64,000 bases of DNA from NCBI GenBank assembly GCA_951406725.2, contig OX597815.1:5332001-5396000 (forward strand). Direction: 5' to 3'. The notes beneath the pieces are model-generated. The model ran no database searches. It was given only the letters and a program-made list of their open reading frames with translations, and was not told the origin of the DNA. The stretch comes from Octopus vulgaris. Lineage: Eukaryota. The translations under genes and the position numbers were made by a program. This document shows, in pieces, positions 27,383 through 41,916 of the stretch; the stretch's first letter is position 1; each line of letters starts with the position of its first letter.

Positions 27383-28498
27383 ATGGGTGCGGTGAATAAA
27401 TTGTCGTCTGAATTACACAAGAAGGAAAACAACACTGACATCTCAGTTTAACAGATATATTTACCAAAATTACATAAAAATATCCTGAAATACTAAAAGG
27501 AGTAAGAAATATTAAATTTCTAAATATCTCATAGAGATATGTACGGTGGTGGGGCGATATAATGGTTGTATACTGTCAATTTAATGTGACAGTAGGGGAT
27601 TACACCACTGCTGTTTAGCCCTAGGAAGCATCGACGTCTCCTGATGGCTTCCTAGGGTAAACAGCGGTAGTGTAATCCCCTACTGTCACGTTAAATTGAC
27701 AGTATACAACCATTCTAAAAGGAGTAAATTTATTCAATAAAATCGCCATTGGCTTCAACCATGGCCTCCAGACAACTTTGGAATCTCCTGCAACTCTTCT
27801 GGATATTCTCCTTGTTTAAGTTTGTGAATGCTGCCATAATTCTTGCCTTCAGTTCACCTTTCGTGTTACAAGGAGTTTTGTTGGTTTCTCGGTCAACTGT
27901 GCCCCACACATAATAATCAAGGGGGTTGCAGTCTAGGGAGTTAGGTGGCCAGATGTTAGGGGTGATGTGGTTGCAGAAATTGTCTGACATCCATGACTGG
28001 GTTCTCCTGCTTGTGTGGTATGGGGCAGATTCCTGTTGCCAGACACAGGGTCTTCCGGCAACCAGCCTCTTGACCCAAGGCAGCACTACCTCCTCCAAGC
28101 ACTTGATGTAGCTCCCCCCTGTTGAGTCTGAGGTTGTGTGGGAAGATGAATGGAGGCATAACGTCGCCATCACTAGTGATAACTCCTAACAACATGATGT
28201 GGACTGGATGTTGGATTTTATCACTTCCGGCACATGTCCTCAGCTTGCACTGTCGTCAGGTTGACACCCAAACATTCTGAAATGTTCGTATTCAAGCTTC
28301 CGACACGAATGCAAAGCAACACAGCATCTCGTTTCCAAATTTCTGGCAGAGTGAATTGCATCGTGGTGCTGTTTTTCTCACAGACGGAGCCCCAACTGAC
28401 CCTACTATACTGTGTAGTCGTAAAAATCAAAAACAAACAATGCGCATGCGCGAAATTATAGATATAAACTGATGACAATTTACCAGCTGCACCTTGTA
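27383..28498 (-). mobile_element. Decayed Tc1/mariner element, DD37D (maT)-like
   Basis: ORF 27730-28173 includes WQQESAPYH...WPPNSLDCNPLDYYVWG...NGDFIE. Degenerate TIRs gggtgcggtgaataaattgtcgtc / gatgacaatttaccagctgcacct. Confidence 0.8.
27506..27714. mobile_element. Fold-back insertion (hairpin 27561-27714 plus 55-bp tail) with 13-bp TSD
   Basis: Arms ~70 bp. ctaaaaggagtaa occurs at 27493-27505 and 27715-27727. Confidence 0.85.
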
Positions 28499-28551
28499 TG
28501 TATGTGTGTATGTATGTATGCATGTATCTATCTATCTATCTATACAAACAA

Positions 28552-28644
28552 TGTGCTCTAAAAATAAGAGGTGTTACCTTAGTTCACTGGTAGTGAACAG
28601 TTGACACCGCAGTACATCTCCAGCATTAGAAGTTGTGCAAAGGC

Positions 28645-28686
<42 letters not shown>

Positions 28687-28990
28687 CATAATAATAATAA
28701 TTGTTGTTGTTGTTGTGATAGACAAAAGCAATAGTCTGTTTATTGATTGACATGAACATACCCTGTGACCCTAATATCTCGGCAAAAGTATTTGATAAGC
28801 TCAAAAAATATAAACATCTGCCAATAGAAATCGGAATGATGTAGCATCTCAACACAGTTACAATACCAGTGATTGTAGGAGCATTTGGAATGGTAAAAAA
28901 GGGACCGAAAAGTATTTAAGAATGATCCCTGGCTTACCATCCATGCAGTAAGTGTAAAAGATTGTCTTAACCGGCAACTGGTCACACGTA
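28552..28990 (+). mobile_element. R4/Dong-clade non-LTR remnants around (TAA)n
   Basis: 28552-28645 is the reverse complement of the 3' end at 41917-42000. 28715-28990 encodes LIDMNIPCD...K..KY..L...IPVIVGAFG (restriction-like endonuclease, RLE). Confidence 0.7.
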
Positions 28991-29169
28991 TTGAGAAGAG
29001 CAATGTCGCCGGGAATTTTGTTTCCTTTTCACCCTTTATTTTATTTGCTTACTTTTCTATTTTTTATTGTTTGCTTTTGCTCTCTTCTTCCCCCTTTTCT
29101 CTGTCACATGACTCTGTAAATGACCAATCTGATGCGCTTGTTTTAATGGCCTACCAATGTATACAGTAT

Positions 29170-29620
29170 CTTCATCATTCATCATTGTTCGACCGTGGTC
29201 GAGACAATGGAATTTACCCTGCTACGCCAGACTTCACGGTCCATCATGGCATTACGGAGGTCCTGTTGCTGGACGCCTGTATCCCTGGAGATTACATCAG
29301 GGTAGGAGAGTGTGCGCCCTCTGGCATTGCGAGTAGATGGCTTCCAGAGGAGAAGAGCAGAAATTACCTCGTTTTCAACTCTACAACAATGTCCAGCAAA
29401 CTGGACTCTCCTACCTTTCACAAGAGATGATACAGGTGGTAGTTTCCCATATATTTGTACTTTGGTTGGATGACGCTTCCACGAGAGATTTTGAGCTCTC
29501 ATAAGGAGGCGAGTGTAGGTTCCATCCAACTGCCTCTCAAGCTTCTTTGATAATGTCCAGGTTTCTGAGCCATATAGTAGAATTGGTTCGACTGTGGCTT
29601 TGAAGATTTCAAGTTTGAAG
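29170..29620 (-). pseudogene. RTE/RTE-X clade LINE 3' fragment
   Basis: LLYGSETWTL...DGTYTRLL...RRVQFAGHC...MMDREVWR, ending in a short-repeat tail. Confidence 0.8.
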
Positions 29621-30371
29621 TCTGTTACTCTGCCCTAGGTGTCAGAAAGACACTCGGCAAGAAATAGAAACAGAAATGAAAGAAGATGGTAATGAAAATG
29701 ATAATAACAACAACAACAACAATAACACCGACAACAGCTACCAGTGTGACTGAAGTTAATACTCGATGTTGAACTGAAAGAAAGCACTTTAGCAATTAGA
29801 TTCTTTATATTGGTAGAATTAGGTCTTAGACTTTTGGTATTGAGTGGGATCAATGTTAAAACGATTAGTGTTCGAAAGAGATTCAACTTTATCAACAGAT
29901 TTCGTTTTTCTTTCCCTTATTTCGTTGTCGTATTTTTGGTTGCATCTGATTAACACAATGACATAACGAGTTTCTTTTGGAAAATCTCAAACAGGAAAGT
30001 CAGAAAGTCGGAAGCAAGCGCAAAAAATCGTCTGCCATCTTAGCATTCTTGAATGCGTGATTAAGAAATGATAGCTTATGAGCTACAAACACATGCTCTT
30101 CACGGTTTAATGTTAGTCTAAATATTCCAGTGCCTTCGATGAATCGTTTTTAATTTCTATCGTGCTTCTTCTTCGCTTCTGTCTAAATATATCTCAACGT
30201 AATGAATGAGGCCCGAGAGTCTGCTTGGACTTCTCCCCCATTTTGTCTCACTTTCTCTGTCTTCCTGTCTTTCTTACGAATTATGCATGGATGTATGTAT
30301 ATGCACAAAGAAATACATCTAATGCCCTCCCACACACCTGTCTTTCTTACATACATATACATCTAATGCAT

Positions 30372-30402
<31 letters not shown>

Positions 30403-30519
30403 ATATACATGTATATCTTGTGTTTGTGTATGTCTATGTGTGTGTGTACTCATACATATACGCACCAACATACAGACATTCATATATATATATATATATA
30501 AGTATATCTAATATAAGAT

Positions 30520-30664
30520 GAAATTTTCGAAAAAATTTTATCAATGGCCAGCATATTAAAAAGTACCTTTAAAGGTTAAATTTATAAACAACTTATAAAC
30601 AAGGGCAAAAGAAAAAAAAAAAAAGGCAATGGAATTTTTTCTTTTGCTCTTGTTTATAAGTTGT
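30520..30664 (-). mobile_element. Miniature fold-back of the 9098/55150 family
   Basis: Tail tcaatggccagcatattaaaaagtacctttaaaggttaaatttataa is shared with 55070-55149. Hairpin acaacttataaacaagggcaaaagaaaaaa...ttttttcttttgctcttgtttataagttgt. Confidence 0.85.
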
Positions 30665-30708
30665 ATATATATATATATATATATATATGGTTATATATAT
30701 ATATCTGG

Positions 30709-30742
<34 letters not shown>

Positions 30743-30762
30743 CCACACAGATGATTTGTTTA

Positions 30763-30980
30763 TAGCGATCAAACGCTTGTTCTCACATAGGGTCGCTCCC
30801 TCCGCCAAATCGACATTACCTGTACAAGTGCACCTGTGCCACATGTAAGATGATGAAATGATCGCAGAGCAACGTGAAATGAAGTGCTTTGCTGAAGAAC
30901 TACAACGCGACGCCCTGTCTGAGAATCGAACCCACGATCTCGCAATCGTGAGTGTAACACCTTAACCACTAAGCCATATG

Positions 30981-30985
<5 letters not shown>
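30763..30985 (-). mobile_element. SINE with tRNA-like head (related copy at 53770-54087)
   Basis: Minus: gcatatggcttagtggttaagg...gggttcgattctc. Both copies abut (CA)n. Confidence 0.65.
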
Positions 30986-31029
<44 letters not shown>

Positions 31030-31185
31030 ATATATGTATATATATATATATGGTCAGTTGGCATACTAACTACACTACCTCATGTTCCTGAGATTCATAC
31101 CTACATCTTTATCTGTATATTTACCTTCCCTAAGATGTTATTAATTGATCTGAGAACTTTATATTATTGGAAAACCTATATAAAA

Positions 31186-31271
31186 TTAGCTGAAGATTAC
31201 TCGGCATCTTAAATCTGCTGTAATATTTACAGCCTTTAATAAAATGTTGTAGTATGAAACAATTGTACTAA
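31186..31271 (+). ncRNA. Hammerhead motif with extended helix II (relative of 6790-6880)
   Basis: ttag-CTGAAGA(31190-31196)-...-GAAA(31256-31259)-caatt-GTA-ctaa; palindrome ACAATTGT. Downstream tccattcttgttgctt is shared with 6887-6902. Confidence 0.78.
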
Positions 31272-31304
31272 ATTACCGGATCCATTCTTGTTGCTTATTA
31301 TATA

Positions 31305-31388
<84 letters not shown>

Positions 31389-31789
31389 CGTATATGTGTG
31401 TGTGTGAGTTGTGTATATATATATATATATACAGAGGGAGAGAGAGAATGAGTCTGTGTATGCGTGTGTGTGTATGTGAACTTCCATAATATACATTATG
31501 TACGCACATTTTGTTTAATTCTTTTGCACTTTTTAATATTGCTTTTATTTCAATTTTATATGAACGTGTTTTTCTTTCGAAAATGAGTATTCCTTATTTC
31601 ATCATTTTCTATAAACACCGAGAAACTTGATACAAATTATAATTATCGTAGTTTGATAAAAAAAATTATAATCTTAGTAGCAAAAGTATTCTTCCAAAGT
31701 TATATGACGGGTAACATACTAGTATTAATATATCTATATATCTATTTGTATATGAGTATGTATCAGATAAATGCATATATATATATATG

Positions 31790-31887
<98 letters not shown>

Positions 31888-32427
31888 TGTGTGTGTGTGT
31901 GTGTGTACTTTCATCAAACTAATAAAATTCTACAATCAATACTAGGCCTGTTATTATTGAAACATAGAGAGTAATAAGTTTGGGGCAGCTTCCGAAGTTC
32001 TGATACAAATTTATTGACTTGCTATTTCAAATATTTACTATAAAAGAGAATTTTCCCCCCAGGCGACTTGTTTCCCTTTTATTTTGACTGTTATTTTAAG
32101 CTTTAAGTGTTTTTGAGCGTTGATGTGTCATTTATGATTTAGTTTCGGTTTCATTTTCACTGACAACCTTTTATAGAAGTAATGACAGTGAAGACACAAC
32201 TGGTTCATGGATCATTCAGGAGGAAATTCCCGACCAACGAAATTTTCTGCCCTTCCTGTGCAAACAAATGGCAGTAATCAGACTTGTGTGCGCGTATCTG
32301 TGTGTGTGTGCGTGTGTGTCTGTCTGTGTATGTGTAAATACACGCAAACGCATTCGCCAAACACACACACATACGCATACAAATACATACGCATATATAT
32401 ACACACATGCATATATTTGTGTGTATG

Positions 32428-32511
<84 letters not shown>

Positions 32512-32628
32512 AATACATGTATATAGATATAAATATATAAATATATATAAACGTATACATATATATACGTGTATATATGTGTATATATATGTATGCATAC
32601 ATGTATATATATACGTATATATATATGC

Positions 32629-32734
<106 letters not shown>

Positions 32735-33189
32735 TCCTATTAATTGCATGTAGGGACACTATTTCTTTATGCAAACAGAATATTCTGCCAAATAAGGTTT
32801 ATAAATGAACAATACTGTATCTTACGTTTTTGTGTTAAAAGCGCGCGATTCGTTACTTTTAAGTGAATCTCTAAAGGTTTTCTATAGAATTTAGTGCCGG
32901 TACTTGAAGTTACGACCTTTCGTGTTATCAATACGTTCATGTAAACAATTAGATCGAAGATAGAAGAATGGTTGTGATTTCGTTTTTGGATTTGGTTTGC
33001 AAGATTCTTTATGTGAGTTTAAGTTCGTGCGTTGAAGCATATTCTGTTGTGTCTGGGGAGAGTCATTCTCTTTTAGTTCCTTATAATTTAACACACTCAA
33101 CGGTAAAATTTCCACTTATTTCTCTTTATTTTTCTGAAATTTTTGTTGCGTCTTGCAACCTTTTCAATAGCCAAGATTATTGAAAACTT

Positions 33190-33583
33190 TGTCTGCCGTT
33201 ACGTTCTGAGTGCAAATTCCGCCGAGGTCGAATTTGCCTTTCATCCTTCCGGGGTCGATAAATTAAGTACCAATTGCGAACTTATTCTATCAGTCCCTTT
33301 TGCCGAACCTTTAAGTTACGGGAACGTAAACACACCAGTATTGGTTGTCAAGTGATCTTGCGGGGGGGGGGGGCAAACACATACACACAAACATATACAG
33401 ACACACACATATATACGACGGGCTTCTTCTTTCAGTTTCCGTCTACCAAATCCACTCACAAAGCTTTGGTCGGCCCGAGGCTATAGTAGAAGACACTTGC
33501 TCAAGGTGCCACGCAGTGGAACTGAACCCGGAACCATGTGGTTGGGAAGCAAGCTACTTAGCACACAGACATTCCTCCGCCTA
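33190..33583. mobile_element. SINE B fragment (+) fused to SINE A (-)
   Basis: 33190-33272 matches the B core; 33280-33583 matches A. Confidence 0.75.
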
Positions 33584-34326
33584 TGGATTCATTTTTTTGA
33601 ATATGTTGAGTTTTATTTTTCTATTAAATATATATATACATACATATATATATACATATATATTTATATATTTATGTATGTATATATGTATGTGATGTGT
33701 AAGCATATATTTATATATCTATATCTATATATATGTATATATATATGTATATATAAACGAGGTCCGACCAAATAACCAAAATTGCTTTTATACAGAATAT
33801 AGCAATGGTAAATGCGAAATACCAAGTAATTCGTAATATTTCAAAGAATCGAATAAAATATATTAATGTAGTAGAAAATATTTTAAATAAATACAAGATC
33901 AGTCACAAAAACGATAAAATGAATGTCTAAGAAACATGTTGCAAAAACAAGGTAAATGACCAAAATATAATCCTGCACGGTTCGCCAACATTGGCACTTT
34001 GTGAAGAATTATTCCAAAGTACTCTTCATTTAATGCAATTTTGCTGCTTTAAGATCACTTGAAAATATTAAAGAGTTCGATAAACTTCAGAATTTTCTCT
34101 TCTAATTATGCAAAAGTCGTCCCTGTTGCAAGCATAAATCTGCGTCGGATCTGATTCAAAATGTCTGCTCTTCCATTTACTTGTATTGATCTCTCTATCG
34201 ATCAACTAATGTCCGTTCCTAAATATATACATACTTTGTGTATAGATACACACATTTATGTATATACATACATATGTTTGTTCGTATACAGACATACACG
34301 TATATCTATACATGCGTACATATATA

Positions 34327-34428
<102 letters not shown>

Positions 34429-34593
34429 ATCTATAGTCCTGTATATAGCCTTGGGCCTTTTTTCTTATTTATTAACCCATGTTTTTATCTGTTTGTCTAA
34501 TAACCTTTCAGTCTGTCTCTCTTTCATTCCCACTGTCATTCGCAATTTCTTTCTATTTAATTTTACATTCATGTATATATATGTGTGAGTATG

Positions 34594-34687
<94 letters not shown>

Positions 34688-34718
34688 AATAAATATATGT
34701 ATATATATATATATATAT

Positions 34719-34753
<35 letters not shown>

Positions 34754-34765
34754 ATACATATATAT

Positions 34766-34972
<207 letters not shown>

Positions 34973-35329
34973 GTGAGTTAGAGAGAGCATTGCATTTTGT
35001 GTTTGTACCTGGAACATTTCCGAAAATTATTCTAACAAATAACTTTGTCTCAGGCACTTGAAAATACGTGTGAAATAATGAACATATTGTTAACGATGTT
35101 AGCTCTGTTGGTGTTGTTGTTGTTGTTGTTGTTGTAATCTGCAGCCACCCTTTACGTTCCTTCATCTCATCTTCCTAATCCACATTAACGAGAAAAGAGA
35201 GAGACTTCTGGAAGCTTTATAAGAATTGTCAAAAGATTTCTTGTCTACTTCGGTGCAACAACAGAAAATTAAACACATAAGTGAGGCATTAATTTATCAC
35301 TGAACACAAAATAATGGATTATCGATAAC

Positions 35330-35403
<74 letters not shown>

Positions 35404-35738
35404 AAACTCACATACACACACACACACACAAACATACAATTACATGTGCATCTGTAAACATACATAAAATATACACAAGCGCAGGTGGACATACATATAT
35501 TGATAGACACATACACACACATATATGTGTATACATATATTATATATAAATACATACATACATATATTTATATATATATACAGACGTGGCTGTATGGTAA
35601 GAAGCTTGCTTCCCAATCACATGGTTCCGGGTTCAGTCCCACTGCGTGACACCTTGGGCGGGTGTTTTCTGCTATAACCTCGAGCTGACCAAAGCCTTGT
35701 GAGTGGATTTGATAGAAGGAAACTGGAAGAAGTCCGTC

Positions 35739-35770
<32 letters not shown>

Positions 35771-35999
35771 GTGTGTGTGTGTGCGCGCGTGTATGTGTAT
35801 GTGTGTGCATATGTTTGTGTATGTGTGTGTATGTGTGTGTGTGTGTATGTGTATATGTATGCGTGTATGTGAGAGTGTGCGTGTATGTGTGTGTGTCGAG
35901 AATATGTATATGCTTTTATATTCTCTTTTTCAGTTGTTTTATTCATTTGACAGCGGCCATGCTGGAGGACCGCCTTTAGTCGAAAAGAACCGATCCCAG

Positions 36000-36690
36000 G
36001 AGTTATATAATAAGGCGCTAAAAGATAGTGAATTTAGCGAGGATATAATCTATACACCTGTCACCAGTCCAATAATAATGAAAAGGAAACAGAGGAATAG
36101 GAAAACCATCTGATTCATACCTGCCTTTAATATAGGTAAGTACTGATAGATATACAGTTTCCAGTCAATCATAGTTACTGAAGTTTAAGTCATAACTTAA
36201 AATCCAGTTTCAGCTCAACTACTAATTTTAAAAATATAATCGCACACAACACACAAAAACCACAAAATGAAACCAGCTGTTCATGCAAGGATAAAAATTT
36301 GTTCCCGCTAAATGGAGCTTGCATGTCCGAGACAATCATTTATGAAGCCACCGTAGACTGTACAACCACTAATGGCAGAGTTTCGATAAAGAAATATGTG
36401 GGCCTTACAGAGGGGAATTTTAAGGCCAGGTTCAACAATCACACCTTGAGCTTCAGGCACTGGGATAAAAGGAAAACGACCAAATTATCGAACCATATAT
36501 GGTCCTTAAAAGCCAAAGGTGTCAGTTACAACATCCATTAGAAGAACTTAGCCAAGTGTAAGCCTTACACCAACAGCAGTGGAAAGTGCAGTCTTTGTGA
36601 TATAGAAAGATGGCTCATCTGGAAAAGCAGCTACATGTCTGAATTCAAGAACTGAACTTTTTGGATCATGTCTATATGTAGCTAAATATT
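36000..36690 (+). pseudogene. Penelope-like element linker and GIY-YIG endonuclease remnant (Naiad-like)
   Basis: YNKALKDS...RNRKTI*F; CSC...PLNGAC...IIYEATV...YVGLTE.NFKARFNNH..SF...LSNHIW.LK; downstream KCSLC. Stops and frameshifts present. Confidence 0.85.
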
Positions 36691-37159
36691 TGTTACGTTT
36701 TTGGTCCCCACGAGATCACAGATAGACCCTGCTTTTTATATGGTGACCACGAACACGGATTTTATCTCTCTATACTTTTTATATATATATTTTCACATAT
36801 TTTTTACATATTTTTTTACATATTTATAGATATATTTTTATATTTTTATTAGTTTACATATTTTTACACATTTTTTTCTGTATTTTACCTTTCACCTTGC
36901 GTTTTTCTTGTTCATTTTTCTTGTGTACGCGCGTGTGTGTGCGTGTCTGCGGGCATGTATATATGTACTTGTATATGTACATGTGCATGGTTGCATATAT
37001 ATGTGGGCGTTTATGCATGTGTTTCATGCAAGTGAGAGTGAGCATATATGTATATACATATATATGTGTGTGTGTGTGAGTGTGTGTGTGTGTGTGTGTG
37101 TTTCTTTATTAGCCACACAGGGCTAAACACAGAGGGGATGAAATACAATGTAGAGCTTT

Positions 37160-37217
<58 letters not shown>

Positions 37218-37232
37218 CATAGACAGACAGAC

Positions 37233-37293
<61 letters not shown>

Positions 37294-37426
37294 TAGATAG
37301 ATAGACAGATAGATAGATAAACTGAACACAGCACTATATATGTGTGGAGAATCTAATTTTATTTTATTATTGATACGCATCACTTATAAACAATATATAT
37401 ATACGTATAAATGCTTATGTGAATAC

Positions 37427-37491
<65 letters not shown>

Positions 37492-37700
37492 CATGCACAT
37501 ACATACATATGTGTTCGACACATGCAATCTGCTTTGTGTGTTCCAATAGATATAATCCAATAGGTAAGTTATTTCTGCAGGAAATATCTCAATCACTCTA
37601 CCTGTAACAGATGTGTCAAAAATATTAATTGCTTCCAGGATGATTAGAATCTAATTAACAGGTGGAAACTATTCCTACATAGCATTAACATTGTTATATA

Positions 37701-37789
<89 letters not shown>

Positions 37790-38248
37790 CATAAATTTGT
37801 CGCTTTTCTGCACTTGTTAATCGTATGGTAGTTTGTTTTGCAGGTTAGGAGAAATTTAATGGTGAGAGTTTATAGATTTGTAATATTCTCAGGGACATTT
37901 TCGCTGCATACGTGAAGGTAAACGAGCTTCCACTAGGATTCGAAACAATATACCAAGTTTCCGTTCTGTAAGAAATTGCCATTTTTGTTTCCATGATGTA
38001 ATGAAGGGAACTACCATGTGTAGTTACACACACGCGCGCACATACACAGACACATAAACACACACACACAAACATACACATACACGCACACACATATTTA
38101 TTTATATATTTGTTTTTCTTTTTCTTGTTTCAGTCACTAGATTGAGTCCATTATATTTACCCCTCGTATATATATACATATATATACATATATATATATA
38201 CGTATATATATATATATATATATTTTCAAATCTAAATCAGAAGAAATC

Positions 38249-38310
38249 TCTGAGCTGATGAAGGAAAAGTGGCGTTTTACCCACAAATCCAGAAACAAAC
38301 TGTCCTCGGG
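38249..38310 (+). ncRNA. Type I hammerhead ribozyme motif in a (TA)n-flanked insert (~38223-38510)
   Basis: tctgag-CTGATGA(38255-38261)-a-gga.aaa.gtgg(cgttttac)ccac.aaa.tcc-a-GAAA(38292-38295)-caaact-GTC-ctcggg. Confidence 0.85.
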
Positions 38311-38504
38311 TATCGTATATGGATGTGATCTTTCATTGTTTTTCCCTTATTCCTATGTGAGTTATTTTTCTGAGTATGCATTGTCTGGAGACTTTTATTT
38401 GCAGTTGAGGAAATAGCCAAATTTTGGCTGCTATTTCTGAAAAGTTCGGTGTGTGGTAAAGTGAATTCTTTTACTTTACCATATTTTTATAAATTAATAC
38501 TTCA

Positions 38505-38630
<126 letters not shown>

Positions 38631-38748
38631 ATATGTATATATATATAGTAAATCCCAAAAGAAGAGCAACAAACATAAACAACATGACAACGCGAGGACA
38701 CGGTACATGTAAAGTATTAGCAGAGGTTCAGGGAAGGAAAGATAGATG

Positions 38749-38784
38749 GTTTAACGTTTCGAGTAAACGCTCTTCTTCAGAAAC
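38749..38784 (-). ncRNA. Minimal hammerhead motif with canonical core
   Basis: Minus: gttt-CTGAAGA-a-gagc(gttt)actc-GAAAc-GTT-aaac. Same architecture as the CUGUNGA family. Confidence 0.7.
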
Positions 38785-38847
38785 AGAGGAAAGTTCAATA
38801 GAGGGGAAGACGGAGGAAGTAAACTGCCGACGATTCGCATGTGGTTA

Positions 38848-38905
<58 letters not shown>

Positions 38906-39129
38906 AGAGAGAGTCAGACTGAGAGGTGTCTAGTTCACTGGCGATCTAAATGAATAGGTACGCTGAGTAAGTGCTATAACTGGCAATCCGTTAGGTTCCA
39001 AGTTCACACTGCTGAGGTTGGGCTAGGCCCCGTAGAATGCTTCCGAGTTAGCAGGTATATCTTATATTAGAGGAAAATGGACAACAAAAACCAAGGCAGG
39101 ACGTGTATCTGAAGTCATTTAGAATATTT

Positions 39130-39492
39130 AATTAGGGAAATGTGAATTTGAAGTCTTCCAGCTGTTACTGGGATATGCCAAGTGATAGGCTAGCATAAAC
39201 GAGTTTAGATGTGCAGTATATCGTTGTTTAAAATTAGCTGTAGATCCGATGTAATGGCTAGTATAAGGATGTGATATGATTTGGACAATGCGTTTATATA
39301 CCACGTTAAACCTTCTGCAATGGGCTTGCAGCGGGCATTGGGTTCCAGACCAGGAGTTGCAGCTATCTCTCTTACATGGGATAGTTGTGGAAAGGGATAA
39401 TGCGGTGCTATTTATGGACAAGTTAAAGTTTAGAGTGGTATTATTATTGTTGTTGTTATTATTATTATTAGTAGTAGTAGTAGTAAAAGTAA

Positions 39493-39537
<45 letters not shown>

Positions 39538-39569
39538 CATCAGCAGCTGTAGTAGTAGTAGCAGCAGCT

Positions 39570-39619
<50 letters not shown>

Positions 39620-40290
39620 TTGTTAGAGTAGTGTTGCCGGATTCATTGTTGTGTATCAGTTTGAGTTTCGATCGAGTGTTATACGGATGAGCGCAAGGGT
39701 GGTCTACAGCGTCTCACTCGAGTTCGTTCTAGGTTTCTAGGGGAGGGTTTTAGTGCATCTATCTATAGTGGGAGGGTTTGTGGGTCCAATAATGGAGAAT
39801 ATCCCTCCAGGACTCAGTTTAGAGATGTGCTTCTTAAGCCTAGCGTTTGCAGTGAATTTAATTTGCTGGGAGAAGCCGCTAGCGCCTGGTTGTAGTATGT
39901 AGCCTGGCTATTGAAGATCTTCTCCGTGGTTGAGAGATCCGATATCCGGATAGATACGCCTCGAATTACACTATCGAATGTAGATTTATGGTGATTAGAG
40001 TATATGCTAATGTATCTGAGGTATTGATTAGGTTTATGGCAGGACGGATTATAGTGGAGATTTTAAATCTAAAGTAACATCTAGAAAATTAGCTATTTTG
40101 TAGGTGTTCTCGAATGTGAGAGATAAATTAAAATTCCCCCAGAATTTATGTAATTCTTTTGTAATCTTCTCTAATGCGGATTTAGTTAGGCCCGTAGAAG
40201 CTAACAATGATGTTAGGGATATACATGCGGAGACGCTGGAGGCGATATAGTCCAACAAGATCCGTGACCTGAGCAGAGTAAGAGGAGCCC
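39130..40290 (-). pseudogene. Penelope-like RT C-terminus plus GIY-YIG remnant, interrupted by (GTA)n
   Basis: NFLDVTLDL...KPN..LRYI...SNH...RISDLS...YYNQAL; CPLQAHC...VVYK...YIGSTANFKQRYTAHLNSF. Confidence 0.82.
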
Positions 40291-40329
40291 GTGGAAATAC
40301 ACATCCCTTTTATACATATGTCTATATAT

Positions 40330-40700
40330 TCTTCTACTTGTTTCAGTTATGTCACTGCGGCCATGATGGAGCACCGCCTTTAGTCGAACAAATCGACCCC
40401 AGGACTTATTCATTGTAAGGCTAGTACTTATTTTATCGGTCTCTTTTGCCGAACCGCTAAGTTACGGGGACGTAAATACATCAACTTCGGTTGTCAAGCG
40501 ATGGTGAGGACAGCCACAGAAACATACACAAATACACACACATACATACGACAGGATTCTTTCAGTTTCCGTCTACCAAATCCATTCACAAGGCTTTGGT
40601 CAGCCCGAGGCTATAGTAGAAGACACTTTCCCAAGGTGCCACGCAGTGGCACTCAACCCGGAACTATGTGGTTGGTAAGCAACCTACTTACCACACAGCC
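40330..40700 (-). mobile_element. SINE family A
   Basis: Colinear with 800-1215. Further copies or fragments at ~35582-35745, 40990-41366, 46090-46297, 46760-46935 and 56640-56850. Confidence 0.82.
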
Positions 40701-41809
40701 AAAATCAGGAGATATGAGAGGTAAATATAGTTTATTCTTCAGTAATTTCCATACTATTACAGCCGTTTCGTAATTTTTCCATGCACTATTATTTAATTTT
40801 AACTTACATTTTATAGCAATGTTCATATTTATCATGACAGTGTACAACTGTATATTATAGAGACATGCATAATAAAGAAAACTCACTCATCTGATCTTAT
40901 ACCGGAACATCATGGACACATCCAAGATTTAATTATGTAAAAGAAAAAAATTCTGTCAGTCAATAAGAATAAAAATGAAGGTCAGCATGCGCAGGCGTAG
41001 CTGTGTGGTAAGAATCACATGGTTCCGGGCCCAGTCCTACTGCGTGGCACCTTGAGGAAGTGTCTTCCGCTATAGCCCTGGGCCAACCCAAGACCTGTGG
41101 GTGGATTTTGTACATAGAAACTAAAAGAAACTCGTCGTATATGTATATATGTATGTGTGTGTACCTTTGTGTCTGTTTTTGGTCCCCCTCACCACTTGAC
41201 AGCTGGTGTTGGTGTGTTTTTCGTCCCCCCGTAACTTAGCTGTTCGGAAAAAATAACCGATAAAATTAGTATTAAGCTTTTACTGGGGATCGATTTATTC
41301 GACTAAAAATTCGTCAAGTCGGTGTGCCAGCATGGCGGTAGTCGAATGACTGAAACAAGTAAAAGATGTGAGATACCATAAAACCGTATTGGAAACCGTA
41401 TCTATCAAAATTTATCTGATATCCCTATGAACAAAGGCGAGCATTCTTGTTAGTATTCATTGATTCGAGCCGAGCTCTGACTGAAGAGACACGACTAGAT
41501 CGAAACAATGGCATAAGCTGCCTTATGCCAACGAATCGAGAATGCTGAGGGAACAAGGCGCTCTCCGAAGACGAAATATAGCAGCGACATGCCTATTCAC
41601 GTTCAAATCTAACAGAACGCATTAAAAATGAATATGACGGCCATTGAAAAAATTCTTGAATTTGATAATATAAATATTCTACTTCATTTTTTTTTATTTT
41701 ATTTTATTTTATTTTATTCCATTCCATTTCGTTCCTTCGGAGAATTTGAAGAATTTTTCTGTATCTCTATATAAATAAACTATGGAACAATTCCTTCTTC
41801 GCTCCTAAC

Positions 41810-41849
<40 letters not shown>

Positions 41850-41916
41850 GTTATTGTTATTATTATTATTATTATTATTATTAATATTATTATTATTATC
41901 ATTATTATTATTATTA

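Noticed and set aside
37833-37925. Acceptor/donor pair suggesting a 74-nt plus-strand exon
   Set aside because: Stop codons in all three frames and no other support.
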